Source: Wallemia ichthyophaga EXF-994 (taxonomy: Eukaryota; Fungi; Basidiomycota). From it: 32,000 bases of DNA. Below are positions 22,225 to 32,000 of this stretch, in pieces (the stretch's first letter is position 1; the number at the start of each line of letters is the position of its first letter). Below the pieces are notes generated by a model. That model searched no databases. It was not told the origin of the DNA and saw nothing but the letters and a program-made list of their open reading frames with translations. Location: the NCBI RefSeq assembly GCF_000400465.1, contig NW_008806280.1, positions 240,001-272,000 on the forward strand, given 5' to 3'. The position numbers and the translations under genes were made by a program.

Positions 22225-22728
22225 ATGATTGAATGCGTTGTAACTAAAGCTGGTAAAATGAGTAACTACATTCAAGTCATTTTGGGTGGTTTGGAGGTGT
22301 GTTCGTTGGTGTATATTCACACTGACTCACACCCGTACAAAGAAGAAGGAAGTTGTAAAAGTAACAGCTTTGAAAGAAGGTGTAAACCTCGATACATCTA
22401 GTGCACTCGCAGCGAAAGTCATCAGCGTGGTCGAAGTCGCCAAGAGGCAGTCATCGGACGTTTATCAGTATACACGCCTAGTTGAGCATCAAGAGGTTAG
22501 GTTGAACTTGTCAGCAAGTGATATTATAAATGGGAAGAGGTTGGTTGGTTGATTTGGTGTACTTGTACCACTTCTAACCTCAATACAGCCAGACATCGAT
22601 ACCACCACCGACAATTGAAGTCATTCTAAGCAAGCAAGCGTTAGATATCGATAGTGATTATGTGTTAGTGGCTTACTTAGCGTGAAACACTTGACATTAA
22701 CACCACACACAGACTTCAAAAAGACTAA
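22225..22728 (+). CDS. Small Alba-domain protein (Rpp25/Pop6/Rpp20-like), 119 aa, 4 exons
   Basis: Exons 22225-22296, 22343-22539, 22589-22663 and 22713-22728 (360 nt, in frame) give MIECVVTKAGKMSNYIQVILGGLEKKEVVKVTALKEG...AAKVISVVEVAKRQ...YQYTRL...PTIEVILSKQALD...LQKD*. This fits the Alba pattern GKxxNYI, KAxSVAEIxKR and IEIxLS. Introns of 46-49 nt carry CTGAC/CTAAC/TTAAC branch sites. Family call is by motif recognition only. Confidence 0.8.
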
Positions 22729-22731
22729 GAT

Positions 22732-23882
22732 CTATAACAGCAAGTTATTTACAGCTTTCTCATCATTCAAGTTTTCATCAAAATCGTAAGGTAGAAGCGA
22801 TGCAACTGTTGTCGTGTCAGCATGTTTAGCAGATATCACTTAACACAACACTTACAAGTCAAGTACGACGTGTGACCTCTTGTATCCATGAAAGGACGAC
22901 TGAGCAGTGTGCTTCTGTCATCGATATTACTACTGGTTTCGTCTAGTTTGCGTTTGCTCGTTTGTTCGCTTTCAACACTGATATTGACGGGCTGGTTGAG
23001 AGATTCATCGCCAGCCTCACCGCCAGCCTCATTAAGTTTCAATTCAAGCTTTTTCTGGGCTGCAGCAATCTGTTGCTGCCTTCTAAACTCCTTTTTCTTT
23101 AGTATGGCTTTCAACTTATTCGTGACGTCGTTTATATTTGGAAGATGAGTGTAAGAGGTGTCGTAATTTCTAGAGAGAACTTCAAACATGGTAACGTTGG
23201 TAAAGCCATTCGAGTTGAGAGTGGTTGTAGTTTTAAGTACCTGTTCAATACACGGACTGAAGCAGCAAATTCTGCTAATTTTGTCATTACGGAGGGATTT
23301 CTTTGCATGCGGGATAGCTAGCCAAGGCATGGGTAGGTCTAGAAAGATGGAGTCTATAGAGTTGTTAAGGTGTGAAGGGAAGCCGTCTTTGCAGCTATCT
23401 CTGTGATAGACGTTGATGATATCAGATAAACCGTGTTGATTGAACTCTGATTGAGCCTTCTGGCATCTAGATTGATGATATTCGAAGGAGTGGAGCTGGC
23501 CACGGGTACCAATAGATCTAGCAACTGAATGACTGAAACTACCTGAACCAGTACCTGATTCGATGACTTTTGAACCCGGTTTAATGTTTAAAGTGAGAAG
23601 AATGAAGCTAATATCCGTGTTGTATAGGATCTGAGTTCTATGAGGGAGAGCTAGAGTCCATAACTCCGGAGAAGGCTTGAGTAAGTGAATAAAGCCTCTG
23701 TTGTTATTTGAACTAAGTTTATCACCAAAGCATCTACCAATGATATCTTTATGCTTAAAATTACCAAATTTATTTTGAAATATTTTATCCTCCTCAACTC
23801 GAATAAGTGATAATTGATCTCTAGTTAACCAAATGATAACCAAATCATTCTCTTTAATTACCGATTCCTTATTATTTATCAT
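22732..23882 (-). CDS. TRM61: tRNA (adenine-58-N1)-methyltransferase catalytic subunit Trm61/Gcd14
   Basis: PSPELWTLALPHRTQILY, VIESGTGSGSFSHS, LHSFEYHQSR, FLDLPMPW and CCFSPCIEQV. Intron 22855-22806 restores GHTSYLTFASLLP; TAG ends at 22732. Confidence 0.97.
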
Positions 23883-24221
23883 TGAATTGCTCTGGTGTTA
23901 ATGTTTTTTGTGTAAATGCGTGCAATTTGCTTATCTCCTCTTTAAGTATATCGTTGACTGGTGAGGGGTTATTAGTTTGGTGATCTAGATAAAATTTTCC
24001 GAACCAACCCAATCGATGTCTCTTTAGAGTTATTAGACCATTAAATATTTTACTAACGATTACGACTTCAAAGCTCTGTCCACAACCACCGCTAACATCT
24101 TTAACGGACTATGTGATTTGACTTAGACTGCTCATCCAATCAAATCACTCCAAATACCCACAACATGCTCAACCTCTGGTACTTTGATTTCTATTTGCTG
24201 TTTAAATTTTTCCTGATCCAT
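23872..24221 (-). CDS. BOL2: BolA-family protein, cytosolic Bol2/Fra2 (BOLA2) type, 81 aa, 3 exons
   Basis: Exons 24221-24162, 24108-24009 and 23957-23872 (246 nt); introns GTGGGT..ATAG (53 nt) and GTTGGT..CTAAT..CCAG (51 nt). Product MDQEKFKQQIEIKVPEVEHVSVKDVSGGCGQSFEVVIVSKIFNGLITLKRHRLVNDILKEEISKLHAFTQKTLTPEQFNDK* has the D-x-SGGCG, RHR-x-VN and HA signatures of BolA2. Confidence 0.95.
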
Positions 24222-24290
24222 TTCCAATTCCAGTGGCTATTCAAGCGAGCTGTTGCGTTCGAATATTAGAATTATAAATTACAAATTAAA
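24222..24290. promoter_or_regulatory. Inferred bidirectional promoter/5'UTR region, BOL2-QCR2 (69 nt between ATGs)
   Basis: Positional inference; AT-rich ATTATAAATTACAAATTAAA directly before the QCR2 ATG. Confidence 0.5.
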
Positions 24291-25608
24291 ATGCAAAGGT
24301 CTTTAGTACTCAACTCTACCAACAACTTCAAAACAGCGTTCAAGCCCTCCCTCGCTAGCTCCATTAACCTCGTTTTTAACGCTGGAACAAGATTCGAAGA
24401 CACTCAAGGTGTGGCTAACGTTTTAAAGAACTTTGCTTTTAGGGTGAGTTGATTGGTTTATACTAAGGTACACCCTCTAATCCCCCAAAGGACACACAAA
24501 ACCGCTCCAGCCTACGTCAAGTTAGAGAAGCTGAAGCTGCTGGTGGTGTTCTCTACTCTTCCCTTACAAGAGACAATCTCACTCTCTCTGCTGACTTCAT
24601 CCCCGGCCATGAAGACCTTTTCCTCTCTCTTCTCGCTGATGTCGTTAAGTCGACCAAGTTCGCCCCTCATGAATACAAAGAGGTCGTTAAGCCTGCTATC
24701 GATTCTGAAGTAAACGCTGCTCAGCGTAATCCTCTCATTCAAGCCATCGACGCTGCTCACACTATCGCCTTCAGAAGAGGTTTGGGTAACTCTCTCTTCT
24801 CCGCATCCGAGCAACCCGTAGACCTCCAAGACGTCAAAAAGTTCGCCAGTAAAGTCTACTCTGCCGACAACGTCGCCTTTTTAACTACCGGGCAATCTGA
24901 CTTTTCATCCAACTTATCATCCTACTTCAACGACTTAACCGCAACTGGTCAAGTTAGCTCACAACCATCCAAATACTTTGGTGGTGAACAGCGCTATAGC
25001 CTCTCGCACGATGGTCACTCCCACCCATCTGCATTCATCGCCTGGGGCTCAACCTCTCCATCACCTGCTCACAACGTTTTAGCTGAATTGTTGGGTGGTC
25101 AATCTAACATCAAATGGTCGAGAGGTCTTTCACCTTTGTCTGCAATCGAAGAGGGCAATGTTAACGCTCTCAACTTTGATTACTCTGATGCTAACCTCTT
25201 TGGTTTCACTGTCGAATCATCAACCGACCTCAACGTCAAGACTGCTTCACAGAAAGCTGTTGCAGCTCTCAAGGCAGTTGCTCAAAATGGTGTCGAATCC
25301 GCTCAGTTACAACCTGCTATCGCTAAATCTAAATTCAACTACACCCTCTACGCTGACTCAGCTCAAGGATGGAAGCAACTTAACGGCGAAGGTCTCATCA
25401 ACAACAACCTCAAATCACTCGATCAAGTTCTCGGTGAATTCGATGGCGTATCTACTACATCCATTCAACAAGTCAGTCCAGCTTATAAAGTTCCTGACTG
25501 CTTTTCTAATTTTTCCTTTAGGCAGCTGCTCATCTTCTCGACAACAAGGTCACTCTTGTCACTGTCGGTGGTAGAGACGCTCCATACGCCGATGAATTGC
25601 ATCTCTAA
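24291..25608 (+). CDS. QCR2: Cytochrome bc1 complex core subunit 2 precursor (non-catalytic M16 family)
   Basis: AGTRFE..GVANVLKNFAFR|DTQNRSSLRQVREAEAAGGVLSTSLTRD, AAHTIAFRRGLGNSLF, GGQSNIKWSRG and FDYSDANLFG. No HXXEH motif. Introns 24444-24490 and 25472-25521; ends PYADELHL*. Confidence 0.95.
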
Positions 25609-25671
25609 AATTCATGCTATAATTCATGTAAATACACCCTATAAAAATATTTCAATTATTTTAAATACCAA

Positions 25672-28600
25672 CTACTCGTCAAAGAAGTCATCCTCGATTG
25701 TCCTTTCCAATAACTCCCAATCGATATCTTGTTTGTCAAGAACATTATTATACGTCACACTACTCAACGCCCGGTAAAATGGTGATAAATCTCCCATCTG
25801 ACTTATCTTTCTTACGTTGGTCAGTAATGGTTGTCTTTTTTCACTATTGATTTGTAGCTTGAATGATTTTTCAGACGCTCCCATTAATCCTTCTTGTCCA
25901 AACAATCCCGACAACTTATCAATAATACCGTATTGTTTACCATCGCAGCTGGCATCCACAGTATCTGTAATGAATAGTGACTGATATGCTTGGAAATCTT
26001 CATTTTGCAGTAGCAACAGGGTATCCAATAGCTTGCAAGCGCTTAAGAGTAATGGAAGTAGATCTAGATGTTCAGCAGAAGGCGATGTAGTAAATATGTC
26101 AAATAACCTTAGCAATTCTGTATTTACTATTGGCCAAAATGTTGTTAAGTCGTCGCTTTTAAATCGCACTAGCAACACTCTGAGACAGAGATAGATTTCA
26201 GATTGTGATACTGGTGTAATTGCATTGTTGCGCACTACCTCCACCAGCTTTTCTTTCACTAGTGGTAATTGCGATGTGTAACTTTCCGGATTACCTGCGA
26301 ATATTGCGTAGCTAAGTCTGCGCAAGTTGAGAGCTCTTGACAAAGATTCGTATTCCCTATTAGCAAATATATTTGTAGACGGTGCACTAGACACTTTGCT
26401 GACGAGATCTTTAAACTTATCTTTCTCAGCCGACATGAGCGCGTTGACGAGGTACTTCCATTGATGAGTTTTGGAAGCGTTGAAAAACCTGTTGTCATAG
26501 AAGACATCACTAACCAGTCCCTTCCAAGATTTTGAGCAGTGCGGTAAGCGTGTTAAACCCACCAGCACATCCACACTTGCGCTGTGTGGTTGAATCCCAT
26601 TCGTGCCTTTTGAAGTTGATTTCAGTGCAGGAGCGACCACGCAATATGAAATATTCGCAGCAATGCTTTGTAATTTTTCCGTTGAGGATATTAAATTAGG
26701 TAGGTCCACCAATAGCTCATTCGCCATGTACAGATAGATCTTTGAACTGTCACCGTCTAATTTCTCAGCAAGTGAATTGACAGACACGCTATCGCGATCA
26801 GAGTCTTCATTAGTACCGGTAACATTCGCTACATCCAACCCAGCCAACGCTTTCTTGAGCGCCCATGGACCTGTGTCTGAGCCACCGGTGCTGATGAGGA
26901 TGGAGGAATCAATAAATCGATGCAAGATATCCTGCAACAAATGTCAATAGAGTGCTCTAGTTGAAGCGCTGAGCACTTACCTGGTAATCCATCTTGACTT
27001 TCTTTTCGACGATCTCCGTCGTCTCACCATTGAAAATGCGAAGACCGACTATATGAATGCATCTATCTAGCGTTATTGTAGAGTCCATGAAAAAAAACTA
27101 AACTCACCTTAACGTTGGATAAACGCATAGTTTTCGCTGTGCACTAGTCGTAGATACTATCACATCACGCGCAAATGGCTGTAGAGCAACCCAAGATTGC
27201 AAAGCATCCTTAACACTAAGCTCACCAAGATACACCTCCAAGCTCTCAAACAACATTGACGAGCTAATTGCATCACTTTGCCACAACGAGCGTGGCTTTT
27301 CATCCCCAGCAAAACTTCTCATTCCTATGTTCTTGCATATATAATGAACGAGTATTCGAGAGGGGTCTGAAAATAGCTTGAATATTTTTAGCAAAGTCAC
27401 TTTGTTCAATGTTTCTTGATAATACTCCATAGCAAGGTCCAGCATCTCATAAGGTCTTTTTTCAAACAAATTGTGGATGTACCCTTCACATTGCGTAGTC
27501 AGATAGTCGAAAGTTCCACTTTGTTTATTTTTAAGTGTAAAGTATAAACTCGTGAGAAGCTTGAACGATACTCCCATCAACGACATTGTCTGCTCGACGA
27601 TATTAGGACTACCGTGAATCATCGAAGTGTGTAGATCATCTAGATTGATGACCAAGATGGCATTCAACGATGACAACACTGAAGACAAGTTTTTGTGGTC
27701 GCTGAAGGATACGCTCAGGTTGTTCGTGTGTAACATGTCGCTTAATTTGCTATAGATGATGTTTCCCATATCGAGTTTGTGATCACGAATCAACATTGAG
27801 TACTTATCTAAGATCATACTTGTAAAGTTGATCCAGTATTTTAAAAGTGACTGACAGCCTGCATTTGATATAGCGTTGCGGAGCAGTTTGACTACAGTTT
27901 GACCTAACTCGTTACTGCTGTGTACGTTGTTCAAATCGCAATGCTGCAGTGCACATGTAACAAGCTTGATGGCTCTTGGCTGGACATCGAGATTGACTAG
28001 TTGAACATGATAATTTAGATAGTTGCTAATGACGAAAGCCGCCGTAGTAAATACATCTGAATCTTTCCGACTATAGATGAACATTTCCTCTAGCAACTCC
28101 ATAGTAGCCATCTGTAAATACTCATTACCTGGTTGTATAGAAGAAGCGATACCTTGGTTCGGTTCAGATTGCAATATCCTGACAGCTCGTAAGCAACTAT
28201 TATTACTCCTCACAAAAATCTCACCTGAGACTCAGTTGTAATAAGGATAGTTCACTCTCACTCTCATCCAAGCGACCAAGTTGCTCCCAAAAGGATTGTC
28301 CAATGTGTTTACTGAGCTTGGTAAGCTGTTGCAGACTGTAAATAGCAATCTCCTGGTCCCAATTAAGGAAATACTCGTAGGCACTCGTGTTGAACAGATA
28401 TTGCCTTTCCACGGTTCTTGAAGCTTGTGTGACTTTTGAAATTTTCGCAATTAGTGATCTAGTCACCATACCAGAGTTATCGAAATACTTCTTCAACCAA
28501 AGTGCATTTGTTTGACTATCTTCTGCAGCTGTAGTATCACTCGAGTTGACAGTAAAGAATCTCGATACCGGTATTGTGAGATCGAAGTGTGTTGGACTAA

Positions 28601-30999
28601 ACCTCGATGCTATACTGTAGATGATACCACATTGATGAATGACTTGCAGTCGCGCTGGTTGGTCATTGTCATTATTTAGTCTTTGTGCGAGAATTGAAGT
28701 GATATGTTCTTGAGCCGTTGTATTTTCTATCTCTACAATCAATTTCACGCAACGAAAGTGATAATCAAAATACTGTGGAGCTAAATAGGGAAGCAATGCA
28801 TTGAGGAGTGTTTCATGTGCTTCTCTATCCATCCATTGCAGATATACACTGTCATCTGAAAAACAAGTCTGCCTCAATGTCAGAAGACATTTTATTAGTA
28901 ACTCTGTTGTTTCAAATTGGTTTGATATTGATACTAGCTTGAGCAATGCGGTAAACAACTGCGCAATCATATCCCCAAAAGATTCATTCAGTTGTTTGCG
29001 TGGGTATCGTAGAGTGAGCAATGTGTATAACGTAGAAAAGCTGCTTTTTACCATCATTGAGTCAGCAACATCTTCAGACCAGGACAAATTAATTTCAATA
29101 AGACGTTTCAGTAATGCTTCATAGAATGTGTCAGGGGTCTCGACCTCGGGTATATCGATGCTATCGGTGTATTCTGCATCAGCGACGTAATCCCAACTAG
29201 AGACAACTTTTTGACTGTCTTTAATTATCCAAGGAGTTTCGTTCATTACCTTTTCTGGAATGTGATTAATTAGCATTTGGGCAAGGATAAAAGCACGTTC
29301 GGTCAAGACGGACTTCCTGTTAGCCTGTCGATTAACGGATATAAGTTTGAGTATGTTGAGTAATTGAATCGGAAAATGCAAGCATGTGTGCGCTTCCTCT
29401 TCGAATGATATATTGTCCACAATCATTGTGATGAGCTCGATCGAACGACAAGTGTCATCTTGATTGGTGAAATCTGATTGAAGCTGATGATTCATTGCTT
29501 TCCACAATAAATATATGTCTATTGATTCCAATACCATGCTGGTGATGATCTTAACGTCTGCATTTCTGTCAACATCCTCCTTCAACCGACACTCGAGACA
29601 GCTGATGATTTCTGAGACTATACATTTCGTCAAATTGTGACCAATCTCCCATTTGTCCAATAGAGAAATGAATATTTTGTAAGGTCGACTATCAAAGGAC
29701 TTGGTTGTATCCATATCTGCTAACATCCATGAGCTGATTAGGGGTAAACCAAAAGTATTGAAATAGGAAGATAGCGATTCTTTGTCATCGGATGTACCGA
29801 GTAACCAAGTAAACAGGCGCCTGTTTAATGATATGTCTTTACGCAAGACTACATTGCATGCATTCCTGCACAAATCAACCCTGAAATCTGATCTAGAGAA
29901 TTTCTGAAGCGCAGGTCCACCAGTAGGTAGGCTTGAGATGAGCAAATCAAGTGCTGAGCGCCGCACAAGCATATTATTGTCCATCAAAGAAGCTGATACT
30001 CCGCGAATCAACAAATTAGCGTCAGATGAAAGAAACATGATAATTTCTGTTGCAAGGTTAGATATTATAGAGTCTCAAACGTTTGTCTTACGATCATCAG
30101 TGTCAAGGGGCGGCATTTTGCGCAATAGATAATTTAAAGTTGAAATGCGAGAAGCGGGGGACGTTATTAGTATTAGACAGAGGTTTTGTAGGAAGAAATG
30201 AAGTGCTGTGGTAGAACTGAGGTAATCTAGCATCGATAAAGCCTGGATTGTTTCATCTTGTTAGCTAATAGAAATCGAACTGAAAGAGGAAAGCACACAT
30301 CGTCGAAATGTTCACCGTTCTCCTCTTCAAGGCCAGGTAATAGCGATAACGTCATTGATTTTATGATGGGTCGTAGATGTGAGCGTAGGGGGAAGTAATG
30401 CGATTTGTAAAGTTCAAGAACGAGGGGCTATTATTGGCAATGAGAAGGGTATTTCAGGGAAGAGATGCGCTCACTCGAACAGAAATGGCAGCATATTGAA
30501 AGAAAGGAAATAAGCTGGTAGACCACATTTGTAAATCACGCTTTAAACCGTCTGTCTATATAGCCAATGAGAAGGAGATAGTGGAAGGAAGACAGCTTAC
30601 ACCCATAATAGCAAACAACTTGTCATAAACCTCTAAAGCCTTTTGATGAACACCAGTAGGCAAAGCAGGATTCAAGCATTGAGATAAACGCTTGGATACG
30701 ATAAGCTTGTGAGGAATATCGTTGAACTGTGGATAAGACTGGATAGCTTTGAGCAGCTTGGCGAGAAATGCGATGAAATCAGCCCATTCTTGGACGTCAA
30801 GGAAGGAGTTTAAGCTGCGATCAACAGCTTGAGAGTATTTCTTGTACGTAGGGTTAGAACTGAGGGAGATATCTGCATCCCTGGGAGCTAAACGTTGATC
30901 ATCACCGGAACGAGAACTGGGCAGCCAGCTAGAGAAGGCGGATGAGTTTGTGGGGGTGGTTGGATTGGATAGAGATGGGAATATTTGGTTATCTGACAT
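25672..30999 (-). CDS. DOP1: Dopey/Dop1 endosome-Golgi trafficking protein
   Basis: N-terminal Dopey domain EWADFIAFLAKLLK, KRLSQCLNPALPTGVHQKALEVY, LFPFFQYAAISVR, LVRRSALDLL, VVLRKDISLNRRLFTWLLG. C-terminal SSAPSTNIFANREYESLSRALNLRRLSYAIF and YLCLRVL. Several short introns, not all boundaries resolved. Confidence 0.95.
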
Positions 31000-31049
31000 A
31001 TAAAAAACTCAAATAATTCTCAGAGATGCTCGTCGTCACCAACAACGAT
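31000..31049. promoter_or_regulatory. Inferred bidirectional promoter/5'UTR region, DOP1-ECM16 (50 nt between ATGs)
   Basis: Positional inference; TATAAAAAA at about 30998-31006. Confidence 0.45.
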
Positions 31050-32000
31050 ATGGCCAAAGACAGATCGAATAGATTCAACGCAAAAGGCCGTCAATCTGGT
31101 TTGAATAAATTAAAAGAAGATGAAAAGATTAAGCAGCGTAAAAGAAGTAAAGTTGTGGAGGACCGTGAGAGTACAGATGCGAATACAAACGCCGATTTGA
31201 TTCTTCCAAAGTCCAAGGAGCAGAAAGAACAAGATCAACTAAGAAAACTCGAGCTCAGGAAAGAGGTTTGTGCGTTTGAGAAGCTCGTACCCCTCTCACA
31301 CACAATATCCAGTTGGAATCCCAGCAGGATGGAAAGGTTTCCAGCAAGAAGCGCAAGAGACTTGATGCTTACATTGTGTGTCTCTATACGCGTCATTGGC
31401 CCACGCTTATCATCCTCTCTCAGACTCGTCAACTCAAGAAGGAAGAACGCAAGGAGTTGATTGACAAACTTTCGTGAGTCTTCTGTCAACTACAGCGACG
31501 CGTAATGACTGTTACAGCAAATCACAAACTCCCACTGATGCTTCGTATCTGAAGTCATCCGCTAACCTTGGCTCGAGGCAGCAGCACTCTGCTCAAGATA
31601 AGCTCGATGTCTCAGAGCATATCCAAGTCAAATCTGCACTTAGAAATGCTGGTAGAAGAGTCCAGCATCCTGACACTAATCAAGACTCTGATTCTCTCTC
31701 TGAACACTCGAGTGCCTCGGATGATGATGATGTCAATGTTCCTATCGATAAGCCTCAGCAACCAGCAAGCACGGTATCCGCATCTCAAACGTCTACAAAA
31801 GAGCACATCAGTCCTCCACAGAAACCACCTATAGGAAATGCACTTGGAAGTGCCCTTGGAGCAAGTGGTGTTAAACCAATCGTCAGACCTAGAAAAAAGA
31901 AGGCTAAAACTGTCTCTGTGAGGGTATAATTTTATGCTCTTCCCCGCCGCTTACCAATCAAAGACTTTGACTCGTGGCTGGAAACTGTCAGCAAACTCTG
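31050..32000 (+). CDS. ECM16: DEAH-box RNA helicase Dhr1/Ecm16 (DHX37), N-terminal part only
   Basis: RFNAKGRQS, SKKRKRLDAYI and KEERVKLIDKLS match the Dhr1 N-terminus as I recall it. The helicase core is outside the window, so the call rests on N-terminal motifs. Confidence 0.75.

Noticed and set aside
22245-22265. TTTTACC resembling U5 snRNA loop 1 on the minus strand
   Set aside because: Lacks the invariant GCCTTTTAC and flanking stem, and lies in Alba exon 1.
22200-22720. Apparent minus-strand spliced leader or uORFs (MSSVSR*, MTSIVGGGIDVWLY*) or snoRNA host upstream of COX6
   Set aside because: No coherent ORF or C/D, H/ACA or snRNA consensus. The region is explained by the + strand Alba gene. 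Only the best antisense intron is kept as a low-level finding.
24165-24240. + strand ATG with an intron-like GTACTT..CTGAT..CCAG, a possible upstream QCR2 exon
   Set aside because: The spliced frame hits a stop, QCR2 has a good ATG at 24291, and the sequence is the antisense of BOL2 exon 1.
31026-31049. Earlier in-frame ATG for ECM16
   Set aside because: It adds non-conserved MLVVTNND and leaves only 26 nt to the DOP1 ATG; 31050 has better context. Not excluded without TSS data.
546-31834. Numerous 60-130 aa antisense or alternate-frame ORFs in the track (e.g. 546..824, 9002..9391, 13483..13875, 14490..14831, 24512..24829, 28801..29124)
   Set aside because: Shadows of real CDSs with no recognisable domain.
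1-32000. tRNA, rRNA, CRISPR, intact mobile elements, biosynthetic gene cluster or horizontally acquired island
   Set aside because: No T-loop/cloverleaf, rRNA segment, repeat-spacer array, transposase/RT or PKS/NRPS motif seen. All intact genes are conserved eukaryotic housekeeping genes with uniform intron style.

Overview
Eukaryotic, very gene-dense fungal DNA with many 40-56 nt GT-AG introns and intergenic gaps mostly under 100 nt. The protein sequences look basidiomycete and the compaction best fits Wallemia (inference, no database search). I reconstructed 16 protein-coding genes: cytoplasmic dynein heavy chain (3' part), AP-3 beta, a UBE2S-type E2, TGS1, RDH54/RAD54B, RTF2, CWC15, RFC5, a C2-RasGAP, COX6, an Alba-domain protein, TRM61, a BolA2 protein, QCR2, DOP1 and DHR1/ECM16 (5' part). 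The BolA2 gene is absent from the ORF track and the Alba gene appears there only as a fragment, because both are split into short exons. The most unusual points are: (1) the BolA2 CDS overlaps the TRM61 start codon on the same strand by 11 nt and ends in AAA-TAA, where a +1 slip would enter the TRM61 frame; (2) the TGS1 and RDH54 start codons lie head-to-head 6 nt apart; (3) the only large gap (about 2.66 kb) appears to hold a decayed intron-containing LRR-like gene with a diverged internal repeat. No rRNA, tRNA, CRISPR array, intact transposon or secondary-metabolite cluster was recognised.
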